DNA of 64,000 nucleotides, from contig JAQGNS010000428.1 of the NCBI GenBank assembly GCA_028291705.1, forward strand, positions 9,255-73,254, written 5' to 3'. Positions 9,870-18,283 of this stretch are shown one piece after another; the first letter of the stretch is position 1; every line of letters begins with the position of its first letter. The notes under the pieces are model-generated. The model was not told where the DNA came from and did not search any database. It saw only the letters and a program-made list of their open reading frames with translations. Source of the stretch: Nevskia sp. (GTDB lineage: Bacteria; Pseudomonadota; Gammaproteobacteria; Nevskiales; Nevskiaceae). The translations under genes were made by a program, and so were the position numbers.

Positions 9870-11376
9870 TGCTTACCGGGTTTATCCCGGTATTAGTGGC
9901 CGAGACCGCGTACTCGATTCGGCATTCCAGGGAAGCTGGATCGAGCACGATCTCCTTTACGAAGCTGCGCAGCGTCACCTTGAGCGCCTCGGGCTTGGCA
10001 TCCCGCATACTTTCAGCCAGGTCGGACAGGATATGGCGCATTTCTGCCACGCTGATTGAACGAACGGCCTTGCCCAGGTCTTCCTGCTCGCGCAGATCCT
10101 GTTGCTGCTCCACCAATTCCTTCCGCTCCCGCTCCAGGGCCTCGATCTTGCGCTGGAATGGCCCAGGGTCCTCCATGCCCAGCGCCAGGCTGGCCGCCTT
10201 GTCGATCATCACGGCGATCTCCGCGATGCGCCGGTGTAGTTCCTTGAGCTGGGCGCTGTAGTCCGGTCCCTTGCTGGCCGTCTCGCGGATCAGAGCCTGC
10301 GCGAACGGCTCGCTGGGCAGGTCGGACGTGATCCGATCCAGGATGGGCTGTTCGACCGTTTGGAGGGGTACATAGCGCTTGCTGCCGTCCGGCCGCTCGG
10401 CGAAGTAGTGCGCACCTTTATTGCCCTCCCAAGTGATGCCGTTGGGCGTCATCAGCAGACCGGACAGCAGGTAGCGGGATACGCCGGCCTTGCCCTGGGA
10501 CACCGCCTTGGCGTGGTCGCTATGCTCTAGCAGGTTCAGGATCGCCTCGGCCTGTTGGCGTGTAATGAGCGCGGGGTGGGTGTCCGATTGGATCACCCAC
10601 TCGGAGCGCGGGCGGCGCTTGCGCTGGCCCTTATAGCCGCCGGTGCTGGTACGCTCTTGGAACACGCCGAAGGTGGTGCAGCCGGCGTAAGTAAGGGCGT
10701 TCCACTCGATGCCCACCAGGGTGGAGGAACTGAGTTCGAGTCCGGCCGCGTGCGCCGCCTGCATGCGGGGCAGGTTGGTCGCCCGCAGATCCAGAAACTT
10801 CTGGACCTTTGAAGATTCCAACGCTGGCTCCAGCACGGACTTGGTCACCGGTGCGCCATCGCGCACCAGCCCAATATCCACCTTGCGCAGGCGGTAGCCG
10901 TAGGGTGCGTGCCCGGCGGCCCGGTAGCCCTGGCGGACGTTCTCGGCCATGCCGGCGAGGCCCTTATCGCGGCTGGTCAGGCTGTGCCACTCGTCGAACG
11001 CCTGCATGACGGCCCGGACGATCATCATCGTCGTGGGGTCGCCGTTGTCCGGAAGGTTGGCGTAGATCACTTCAACGTCGTTGTTGAAGCACTCGACCTC
11101 TTCGAAGATCAGGGCCAGGTTGCGCCGTCGCGCGATGCGGCTGGTGTCCTTGGTCAGCACCGCGGTCCAGCCGCGCGAGCGGTTGCGGATCGCCTTGATG
11201 AGTTTTTGGAAGCCGGGGCGGTCCCAATCCTTGCCTGATTCGACCGCGTCCGAGTATTCCCCGACAAGGGTCAGGCCGCGCTGCGCCGCCAGCGCAGTCA
11301 GCTCATGCCGCTGGCTTTGGATCGAGACGTCTTTTTGGTCCTTGCTGGACCGGAGATACAGAACGGCGTGTTTCAT
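9829..11376 (-). CDS. Large serine recombinase (integrase)
   Basis: N-terminal YLRSS catalytic motif, DAVESG...RPGF, DTSRIAR, recombinase domain (APYGY; HPALIT), coiled coil. Last codons overlap the tRNA antisense strand. Confidence 0.93.
   Translation of the reverse strand: MKHAVLYLRSSKDQKDVSIQSQRHELTALAAQRGLTLVGEYSDAVESGKDWDRPGFQKLIKAIRNRSRGWTAVLTKDTSRIARRRNLALIFEEVECFNNDVEVIYANLPDNGDPTTMMIVRAVMQAFDEWHSLTSRDKGLAGMAENVRQGYRAAGHAPYGYRLRKVDIGLVRDGAPVTKSVLEPALESSKVQKFLDLRATNLPRMQAAHAAGLELSSSTLVGIEWNALTYAGCTTFGVFQERTSTGGYKGQRKRRPRSEWVIQSDTHPALITRQQAEAILNLLEHSDHAKAVSQGKAGVSRYLLSGLLMTPNGITWEGNKGAHYFAERPDGSKRYVPLQTVEQPILDRITSDLPSEPFAQALIRETASKGPDYSAQLKELHRRIAEIAVMIDKAASLALGMEDPGPFQRKIEALERERKELVEQQQDLREQEDLGKAVRSISVAEMRHILSDLAESMRDAKPEALKVTLRSFVKEIVLDPASLECRIEYAVSATNTGINPVSMALLPGFEPGFKP
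9837..9884. repeat. att-like site A: TAAACCCGG-N30-CCGGGTTTA overlapping the tRNA 3' end
   Basis: 9-bp inverted repeat at 9837-9845 and 9876-9884; same arms and spacing as site B. Confidence 0.6.
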
Positions 11377-11506
11377 GGCACTTCTGCTCCTGGAGTGCCT
11401 TGATGCGGGACTCGATCAGCGGCAGCAGCAGATGCGCGAATGCGGGATCGGGCCGGCCGACTGAAGGCAGCATCTTGAGTTGCTGCCGCGAAGGGCCGCG
11501 AGCCAT
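11303..11506 (-). CDS. Possible small protein upstream of and overlapping the integrase start (directionality-factor candidate)
   Basis: 67-aa ORF MARGPSRQQLKMLPSVGRPDPAFAHLLLPLIESRIKALQEQ..., co-oriented with the integrase. Supported by position only. Confidence 0.35.
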   Translation of the reverse strand: MARGPSRQQLKMLPSVGRPDPAFAHLLLPLIESRIKALQEQKCHETRRSVSPVQQGPKRRLDPKPAA

Positions 11507-11826
11507 GTCAGGGCCCGCCCCGCTTTCCCGCTGCCGAAGATCTGCTTCGTGCCATCCCTGTCCCGTCCTGACCTCTCATTGGAGGGACAAGGAATATCGC
11601 AAAGATCAGCCAACATTCAAGGATTGCTGTGTACTGATGAATTTATAATGGTATTTATGACTTGTAAAGCCCCATGTACATGCAAATAGTTTTGTAGGAA
11701 CGACGCTTGATATCTGACCGGTGCAAATGCCTTTTGCGTAGCTTAAAAGACGAAGGATGGTGATTGAAATTGGAAGGGTGAGAACGATGATTGAGAATAT
11801 ATAAGTCACTTCTATATGAGCATATA

Positions 11827-11874
11827 TAAACCCGGATTCTTGTAAATTTATCTACTTGCGCCAACCCGGGTTTA
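11827..11874. repeat. att-like site B: TAAACCCGG-N30-CCGGGTTTA in an AT-rich tract
   Basis: Arms at 11827-11835 and 11866-11874 (extendable to the 11-bp TATAAACCCGG/CCGGGTTTATA). Spacer contains TA...GCGCCA like the tRNA end. Confidence 0.6.
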
Positions 11875-12035
11875 TACGTAGATGTATGCCTCTATCACCG
11901 TCAATACCGGCGGTCGTAAGGCGCCGGTACCCCAGAGATGCCCCTCGTCCTCGAACTGCCGCCGCACTCGCTCTACCGGATCAAACAACGGCCGTACCGC
12001 TGCCGGCGCCGTAAGCGGCCTCGGCCAAGCTGCGC

Positions 12036-12683
12036 GTGACCCCCGAGCAGCTACCGCGCGCCTTGGTTCAGGGCGACTTGTTCAAAGCCGACATCGCCTG
12101 GTTTCCGGTTCTATGCGAGATGCTGCGCAGCGGCGCGGCGGCCGACCTTCAGCCGCACACGATGATGGTGTACCTCACCTTGAAGTCCTACGCCGACTTC
12201 AACACTGGAATCGCCCAGACCACCATAGAGACGGTTGCCAAGGAAACCGGCATGTCAGTGCGTCAGGCCGCGACCAGCGTAGGCCGGCTGGTCGGCAAGG
12301 GTTTAATCCGGCGCCTGCGCAAGGGTGGACGCGACCGCAGCAGCGCTTACCAGATCGTCGAGCGGCTGACGATCAAGGACCACGGCAACAACACAGTGGC
12401 GATCGCCGACTGGGAATTCATCCGCCGCGATTGGCAGGGCCATCTCCGGGAAATCCGCCAGGCCGTGCTGGACGAGCTGCAGCGCACGGCGGGGTCGGCG
12501 GGTGGCCTGTCGGATCGGCATCTGGTCCTGATCGAGAACCTGCAGGTCAATTTGCAGCTCATCCAGAACCAGTTCGTCCATCCGACGAACGGTACCCCGG
12601 CGACGTCGCCTGCTAGGGACTCCGCGCACTCGCAAAACTATCCACAGCGTGGGGTCCGCTTTTATCCACAAGGAGGGAAATGA
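12036..12683 (+). CDS. Winged-HTH (HTH_36-like) DNA-binding protein, candidate replication initiator
   Basis: VYLTLKSYADFNTG...IETVAKETGMSVRQAATSVGRLVGKGLIRR wHTH pattern; GTG start; followed by DnaA boxes and parA. Confidence 0.75.
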   Translation: MTPEQLPRALVQGDLFKADIAWFPVLCEMLRSGAAADLQPHTMMVYLTLKSYADFNTGIAQTTIETVAKETGMSVRQAATSVGRLVGKGLIRRLRKGGRDRSSAYQIVERLTIKDHGNNTVAIADWEFIRRDWQGHLREIRQAVLDELQRTAGSAGGLSDRHLVLIENLQVNLQLIQNQFVHPTNGTPATSPARDSAHSQNYPQRGVRFYPQGGK

Positions 12684-12857
12684 CATGCACCACCTGCCGG
12701 TAATTGCCCCTTTAGCGTGCACTAGGTGCCGGTTAATCAAACAATTAACAGGCACCACGTGCAGACAAGAAAGAATAAAGAAAAAGAGCTTTTTAAGAAG
12801 GGCCCCGTCCAGCGTTCTGCTGTGGATAAATCGCTGCGCCCCCTTCCTTGTGCACAA
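12638..12857. promoter_or_regulatory. DnaA-box cluster with an A/T-rich stretch (putative oriV)
   Basis: CTATCCACA 12638-12646, TTATCCACA 12662-12670, TGTGGATAA 12821-12829, TTGTGCACA 12848-12856. A-rich tract at about 12730-12800. Confidence 0.6.
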
Positions 12858-12929
12858 CAGCCCAAAAGCCAAAAGCGTTTGCCGAAACGGGCTGGTCGCG
12901 GCCGGCACTGTGCCGACAGGGTTCTGACC

Positions 12930-13607
12930 GTGCGCATCCTCATTGGCGGTGAAAAAGGCGGCAGCGGCAAATCGACCCTGGCAACCAACTTGGTCGTCGC
13001 CCTGCGGCTGGCCGGCCGCGACGCCTTGTTGCTGGACGCGGATGGCCAGCGCACTTCGGCCAAATGGGCCGAACGGCGGGCAGCATCCGAAATCGTCCCG
13101 GCCGTGCCCTGTACCGAGAAGCGCGATGACCTCAAGGCGGTGGTGCGCGAGCTGGGTTCGCGCTATCAGGATGTGGTTGTTGACGCCGGCGGGCGCGACA
13201 GCCGGGAGCTGCGCTCCGCGCTGCTGGTAGCGGATCTGGCCCTGTTTCCGCTGCGGCCGTCGCAGGCGGACCTGGAAACCGTGCCCCATCTGGCCGAGCT
13301 ACTGCAGCTCGCGCGCTCGCTGCGCGAGAACGGTGCTCCGCTCGCTGGACTCGTATTGAGCATGGCGCCGACGCACTACCTGGTCAGTGAAGCTCGCGAC
13401 GCGGCAAGCATGCTCGAAGCCCTGCCGGACTTCGTGCTGGCCGAAACCTTGATCCGCGAACGCAAGGTTTACCGCGACGCATTGCTTTCCGGACGCAGCG
13501 TTCTGGAGATGGACAACGAGACAGCGCACTTCGAGGTGCGCCAACTCATCAAGGAGATCAGCAATGGTGCAATCCAAGTTCCAGTTGCACAGCGCGACCC
13601 TGCCTAG
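12930..13607 (+). CDS. parA: ParA-family ATPase (short, no N-terminal HTH)
   Basis: GTG start VRILIGGEKGGSGKSTLATNL (deviant Walker A), LDADGQRT, VVVDAGG, PLRPSQAD. Confidence 0.9.
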   Translation: MRILIGGEKGGSGKSTLATNLVVALRLAGRDALLLDADGQRTSAKWAERRAASEIVPAVPCTEKRDDLKAVVRELGSRYQDVVVDAGGRDSRELRSALLVADLALFPLRPSQADLETVPHLAELLQLARSLRENGAPLAGLVLSMAPTHYLVSEARDAASMLEALPDFVLAETLIRERKVYRDALLSGRSVLEMDNETAHFEVRQLIKEISNGAIQVPVAQRDPA

Positions 13608-13821
13608 TGCCGCTCCGCCGGCGGAAACGGCGACCGCCAACCGCTTCGTCAATGGTGCAGAGGCACGTAGCACCGAACTGCTGGTGAAGTTCACAGTGCC
13701 GCTGGATAGCGCGCGGCACGACAAGATGCGCGTGCATGCGGCGCTGGCTCGGCGGAGCATGGCGGAATTTCTGCGCGACCTGATCGACCGGTTGCCCGCG
13801 GTCGAACTGCCACCGCGTTAG
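13564..13821 (+). CDS. Ribbon-helix-helix DNA-binding protein (ParG-like partner of ParA)
   Basis: Flexible N-terminus, then VKFTVPLDSARHDKMRVHAALARRSMAEFLRDLIDRL; overlaps the parA end. Confidence 0.75.
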   Translation: MVQSKFQLHSATLPSAAPPAETATANRFVNGAEARSTELLVKFTVPLDSARHDKMRVHAALARRSMAEFLRDLIDRLPAVELPPR

Positions 13822-13833
13822 TCGGAACCTTCA

Positions 13834-15549
13834 TTGCGCTATTCCTGGAAAGATCTGGTGCCGCCGGTGCTGTTCCTGGCGGCCGGTCCCTGGCTGGCTG
13901 GAATGCTGTTCGCTTCGTTTGTCGGCGCCAGGCATTACGTGCCGGGCTACTTCGAATTCGTCGGCATGTGGCATCGCTTTGCGCCCGACCCGCACTACCG
14001 GAAGCTGCTGCATGTGGCCGCTGTAGTTCCGGTGGTGCTAGCGGCCTTGTTTGCGATCATTCCGGCTCTGGCGGGCAGGCCGGCTTACTTCGGCAACGCG
14101 CACTTCGCTGATGAGGCGGAAGTCCGCGCCGCGGGTCTGCGCGCCAGGGAAGGTGTGATTCTCGGCCGGTTGCGCGGCCGTCTGTTGCGAGCGCAAGGCC
14201 AGCTCGGCTTGCTGTTGTTCGCGCCGCCGCGTTCGGGCAAGGGCGTGGGCTTCGTCATTCCAAATCTGCTGACTTGGCGCGATTCAGCCATCGTCAACGA
14301 TCTCAAGCTGGAGAACTACGAGACGACTTCAGGCGCCCGGTCAGCGATGGGCCAGCAAATCGTGCTGTTTGCGCCACTCGATGCCGAAGGGCGCACCCAT
14401 GCCTACAACCCGCTGGACTTCGTATCGAAGGATCGGCGCCTGCGGGTCAATGATGTGCAGGCGATCACCGCCAAGCTGATCGTGACGCCGCCGCGAGCCG
14501 ATCCGATGTGGAGCAACGAGGCGAGGGTGCTGCTCGACGGTCTGATTCTGTTCTTGCTGGATGTGAACCGGCAAGCCTCGCTGGGAGCGGTGTACCGGAT
14601 GGTGCTGTCGGTGCCCAACTTCGCCGACTATCTCACTTGGGCGATGAAGGAATACGATGGCCGGCTCGATCCGGTGGCGGTGATGCAGTTCAACGGGTTC
14701 CTGGGCAAGGCGTTCAAGGAGCAATCGGGCGTGCTTTCGACGCTGAAGGCCTCGCTGTCCCTATTCGCCAACCCGCTGGTGGACCGTGCCACGTCCACTA
14801 CGGAATTCGACCCCAGGGAATTGCGGCGCCGGCCTATGACCATCTACCTCGGCGTAGTGCCGCGTGACATCGCGCGGCTGTCGCCGTTGCTCAATATCTT
14901 CGTGCAGCAGACCTTCGACGGATTGCTCGGGCGGCTGCCGGGGAGGGATGAGCCGCACCAGGTCCTGGCGTTGCTGGACGAGTTCACGGCGCTGGGACGG
15001 CTGGAGAACGTCGAGAAAGGCATTGCCTACTTCGCTGGGTACAACATCATCCTTGCCCCGGTGATACAGGATTTGTCCCAACTGGAGGAGGTATACGGTC
15101 AAGCCGTCACCGAGACTTTCCTGTCCACCGCCAATATCCGTATCGCCTACGCCCAGAACAGCCTCAAGACGGCCAAATACCTGTCGGAGGAGCTGGGCTT
15201 TCGCACCATCACCACGCGGACCAGATCCCGCCATGTCAACGATCCGTGGCAGGGGCATGTCTCGGAATCACAGACCCGGCGCGAGCTACTGCTGCCGCAT
15301 GAAATCCGCGAGCTGGACCGGCGCAAGGCGCTGCTGCTGGTCGAGGCAGCGCCGCCGATCAAGGTGGACAAGATTCGGTACTACCGGGAGCGGGCATTTG
15401 TCCGACTGCTTCGGCCGGAAGTGGGGCGGCCACACCTACGCAACACCACAGTCGAGCCGCCACGAATGCCGGCCGCCGGGCCGCCATTGAGCGACCAGGA
15501 AATCGATCACGTGCTGGAGTCGATTGACTCGAACCGAGCCGCCCGGTGA
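13834..15549 (+). CDS. virD4: Type IV coupling protein, VirD4/TraG family
   Basis: Two N-terminal TM segments, GNAHFA, APPRSGKGVGFVIPNLL (Walker A), LLDEFTALG (Walker B), IQDLSQL. Confidence 0.92.
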   Translation: MRYSWKDLVPPVLFLAAGPWLAGMLFASFVGARHYVPGYFEFVGMWHRFAPDPHYRKLLHVAAVVPVVLAALFAIIPALAGRPAYFGNAHFADEAEVRAAGLRAREGVILGRLRGRLLRAQGQLGLLLFAPPRSGKGVGFVIPNLLTWRDSAIVNDLKLENYETTSGARSAMGQQIVLFAPLDAEGRTHAYNPLDFVSKDRRLRVNDVQAITAKLIVTPPRADPMWSNEARVLLDGLILFLLDVNRQASLGAVYRMVLSVPNFADYLTWAMKEYDGRLDPVAVMQFNGFLGKAFKEQSGVLSTLKASLSLFANPLVDRATSTTEFDPRELRRRPMTIYLGVVPRDIARLSPLLNIFVQQTFDGLLGRLPGRDEPHQVLALLDEFTALGRLENVEKGIAYFAGYNIILAPVIQDLSQLEEVYGQAVTETFLSTANIRIAYAQNSLKTAKYLSEELGFRTITTRTRSRHVNDPWQGHVSESQTRRELLLPHEIRELDRRKALLLVEAAPPIKVDKIRYYRERAFVRLLRPEVGRPHLRNTTVEPPRMPAAGPPLSDQEIDHVLESIDSNRAAR

Positions 15550-15718
15550 GTCGCCGAGTGCGGTCCGTTACGACGGGTACCGGATCAGAGCTGACCGGCG
15601 GACCGAGCTGCGTGAACCATTCATCCCCTTGTCATTACCGCACAACGTCCTGCGCCCCGGCGCTGGCATGGATTTGGCTTACAAAGCGCCCAGTCCACCT
15701 GCAACTTGAGTCCTATCG

Positions 15719-16015
15719 ATGCCCGATTCGGCTTCTGCCGCCGAAGCCATGCCGCTGGCACCCGAGGATCTGGTGTTCGCTCGCCGCATCTTCGACACTT
15801 TTGGCCTGGAGCGTTTCACGCCCCGCAACTACCACCGCCGGATTTGCGGAGGGCGGGCCCGCACCTCGGAACAGGACGCGGCTGAGATCTACCAAACTCT
15901 CGCCGCGCATCGCCGGGTGGTGATGCCGGACCCCGGCATCCGCGGCGATGACGGCTGGTGCCTGAACCCCGCCGTGCTGCCGGCGATCCGCGCCAGGCGG
16001 CGCCCGGGTCGCTAG
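15719..16015 (+). CDS. Hypothetical protein (98 aa)
   Basis: Protein-like ORF after virD4. Its stop shares a CTAG with the convergent small gene. Confidence 0.5.
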   Translation: MPDSASAAEAMPLAPEDLVFARRIFDTFGLERFTPRNYHRRICGGRARTSEQDAAEIYQTLAAHRRVVMPDPGIRGDDGWCLNPAVLPAIRARRRPGR

Positions 16016-16143
16016 GGCGCTTTCTTCTCATCCGGCGGCGGCGCCGCCTTCCGATAGTCGCCGATCACGCCCTTGGCCGGACAAATCTTGAACGCGGGGC
16101 ACTTGACGCAGCCGACCGCCAAAGCAACGGGACAGAATGTCAT
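16012..16143 (-). CDS. Small Cys-rich protein (43 aa), absent from the ORF track
   Basis: GAGGGG RBS before ATG at 16143. MTFCPVALAVGCVKCPAFKICPAKGVIGDYRKAAPPPDEKKAP. Confidence 0.7.
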   Translation of the reverse strand: MTFCPVALAVGCVKCPAFKICPAKGVIGDYRKAAPPPDEKKAP

Positions 16144-16348
16144 GAGCCGTTCCCCCTCTCTACCGCAGGCGCTTGGCCAATCTGCAGCCGAATCCGCCGG
16201 CGTCTGCCAAGCATTCTCGTCCGGCTGGCCGCCTCGGTGTCAGCCCGAAGCTGCCCTCCACGAGCGGCAGCTTTCATGCCGCTCACACAGTTCTACTATC
16301 CGGCGACCGAGCAGGACGGGGCGTCGGCTCATCACGTTTAGCGAGGGC

Positions 16349-17170
16349 CTACAATGTTTCAGGGGGCAAGGCGGCTATCGCGCGCTTTGCCATATCGACC
16401 AATTCAGCCAGATTCTTCGCTACAAGGTCGGGCGCATGTGGATGGCGCTGGGTGCGCGGAAAGATCTTGTGCAGCCACGCTGCATCCCACCCTGCTCCGT
16501 TGTAGAACACCGCCGTGACACCGGCCTCCTTGGCGGCAACAATGTCCGTGGTGCTGTCGCCGACATACCAGCAGCGCCCGTCGGGTGGCGCGCCCAGATT
16601 GGACAGCGCCTTCAAGACCAGGTCCGGGTGCGGCTTGCGGCGCAGGACATCGTCGCCACATACCATTGTGTCGAACAACTCGTGCCAGCCGGTGCCGTCC
16701 ACCGTGTAAATTTCGTGCGCCATGAACTGGCGGCTACGATTGGACAGAACGCCCAAACGCAGCCCCATCGCCTTGAGCTCAATCAACCGGGTACGACCGT
16801 CCGTCTCAAGCGGTTTCACCGGGCCAAAGAAGCGCGCGTATTGCTGGTCGAACTCGCGATGCGCGATCGTCTTGGCCTCCTCGTCCGGGCCAAACAGCAC
16901 CTCGAAGATGTCCGTGCGGGAAATCTTGCGCTCCGCCTTGATCTTCGGGTGCAAACGCTTGTGCTCTCGCGCATAGCGCACCAGCCTGGCGTCCTCCGGT
17001 GTCTTGGACTGGCCCTCCGGAACAAGTCGGTCGATCAAGTTAAGGCGCACAAGCTGAGGAATGACCTCGTCTAGCGCGTAATACATGGCGTCCATGGTGT
17101 CGACCAGCGTCGCGTGCCAATCGAACAGAATGATTTGCGGGGCCGCGGACAAAATGTTTGGCAGGGACAT
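16349..17170 (-). CDS. HAD-superfamily hydrolase
   Basis: Motif I ILFDWHATLVDT, motif II GVLSN, KPHPD, motif IV YVGDSTTDIVAAKEAG. Confidence 0.88.
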   Translation of the reverse strand: MSLPNILSAAPQIILFDWHATLVDTMDAMYYALDEVIPQLVRLNLIDRLVPEGQSKTPEDARLVRYAREHKRLHPKIKAERKISRTDIFEVLFGPDEEAKTIAHREFDQQYARFFGPVKPLETDGRTRLIELKAMGLRLGVLSNRSRQFMAHEIYTVDGTGWHELFDTMVCGDDVLRRKPHPDLVLKALSNLGAPPDGRCWYVGDSTTDIVAAKEAGVTAVFYNGAGWDAAWLHKIFPRTQRHPHAPDLVAKNLAELVDMAKRAIAALPPETL

Positions 17171-17451
17171 CGCGATACCCCCGGACTTGGGCTGACGAGC
17201 CATTATTGCCCCTGCAGACATCAGCAGTAGGAGGTAGGGCGCCTTAATTGCAAACATTCAGCTCCGGGGAGGCAATCGGCCTCTTACTTGCCGACGCCAA
17301 TCAAGGCTCGAAGCGGATGTCGCCCTCTGCGAGACTTTTGGCAGCAGACAGCCCAAAGTGGTCAGTCGCGAGTGTCCGGTCTGGAGCAGTGCAGCGGGTA
17401 TTTGATCTTATGGACGAACCGCCAATGCCGCTGAGTTGTAGTCAGAGCCTG

Positions 17452-18246
17452 CTACCGTTTTATCCCACGCGCCAGCGTATACGACAGACGTACCCGGTTC
17501 TGCGAATGCCAATTTGCCACTACTGTCTCTAACTGGCGTCGAAACTGGGCCAGGCGCACCGGATCGTGTGCAAGCGTCAATACCACCTTCTTGACCGGTT
17601 CCATCGTGAATTCGATATTGGAGCAGTAGTGTTGAAGAGATGGAGTCAGAATCGATATTTCGTCGGGTTCAAACTCGACGTTGACTACGGTACCGGCCAG
17701 ACGATCACGAACCTCCTGAGGGCTTCCCCACGCAAAATACGAGCCTAGGCTTTCCTGATGCGGCAGATGTCGATCTGCGAGTGCAAGAATCTGTCCCATA
17801 AGGGCCTCCTGCGGCCATGCTGAAAATGCAATGCGCCCACCCGGCTTGAGCACTCGCACCATCTCCCGCACGACAACGCCTGGGTGCGGCGCGAACATTT
17901 GGCCAAGCTCGCTGATGACTACATCGAAATAATCGCCTCCAAAAGGGAGCGCTTCGGCGCTTCCTTTCCGAAAATCAATAGTGGCACCAATCGTAGCGGC
18001 CCTCCATCGCGCTACCTCAAGCTGCGCTATCGACGATTCCAGTCCGCACACACGGGCGCCCGCCCGTTGAGCGGCAATAGCAACCGCGCCCGATCCACAT
18101 CCTACATCTAGCAGATCCTCCCTCATCCGAACGCCAACATATTCGATGAGTCGTAAGGCGGTTGGCGTTGTGAAATCCCGTTCAGAACCCCGTGCCCATT
18201 CTTTTTGCCGTGCGCTCTTGAGAGCGGAATAAGGATCGCAAGTCAT
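17452..18246 (-). CDS. Class I SAM-dependent methyltransferase (UbiE-like)
   Basis: LLDVGCGSG, GSAEALPF, FDVVIS, VRVLKPGGRI. Paralogous to 53043-53882. Confidence 0.88.
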   Translation of the reverse strand: MTCDPYSALKSARQKEWARGSERDFTTPTALRLIEYVGVRMREDLLDVGCGSGAVAIAAQRAGARVCGLESSIAQLEVARWRAATIGATIDFRKGSAEALPFGGDYFDVVISELGQMFAPHPGVVVREMVRVLKPGGRIAFSAWPQEALMGQILALADRHLPHQESLGSYFAWGSPQEVRDRLAGTVVNVEFEPDEISILTPSLQHYCSNIEFTMEPVKKVVLTLAHDPVRLAQFRRQLETVVANWHSQNRVRLSYTLARGIKR

Positions 18247-18283
18247 GTCATTGCTCCTTAGTTCTACGAACGATGAACGTTCA

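Noticed and set aside
11606-11864. Two short minus-strand ORFs in the AT-rich tract upstream of the integrase
   Set aside because: No RBS or recognisable motif, and the frames overlap each other. Could be a decayed gene, but not supportable.
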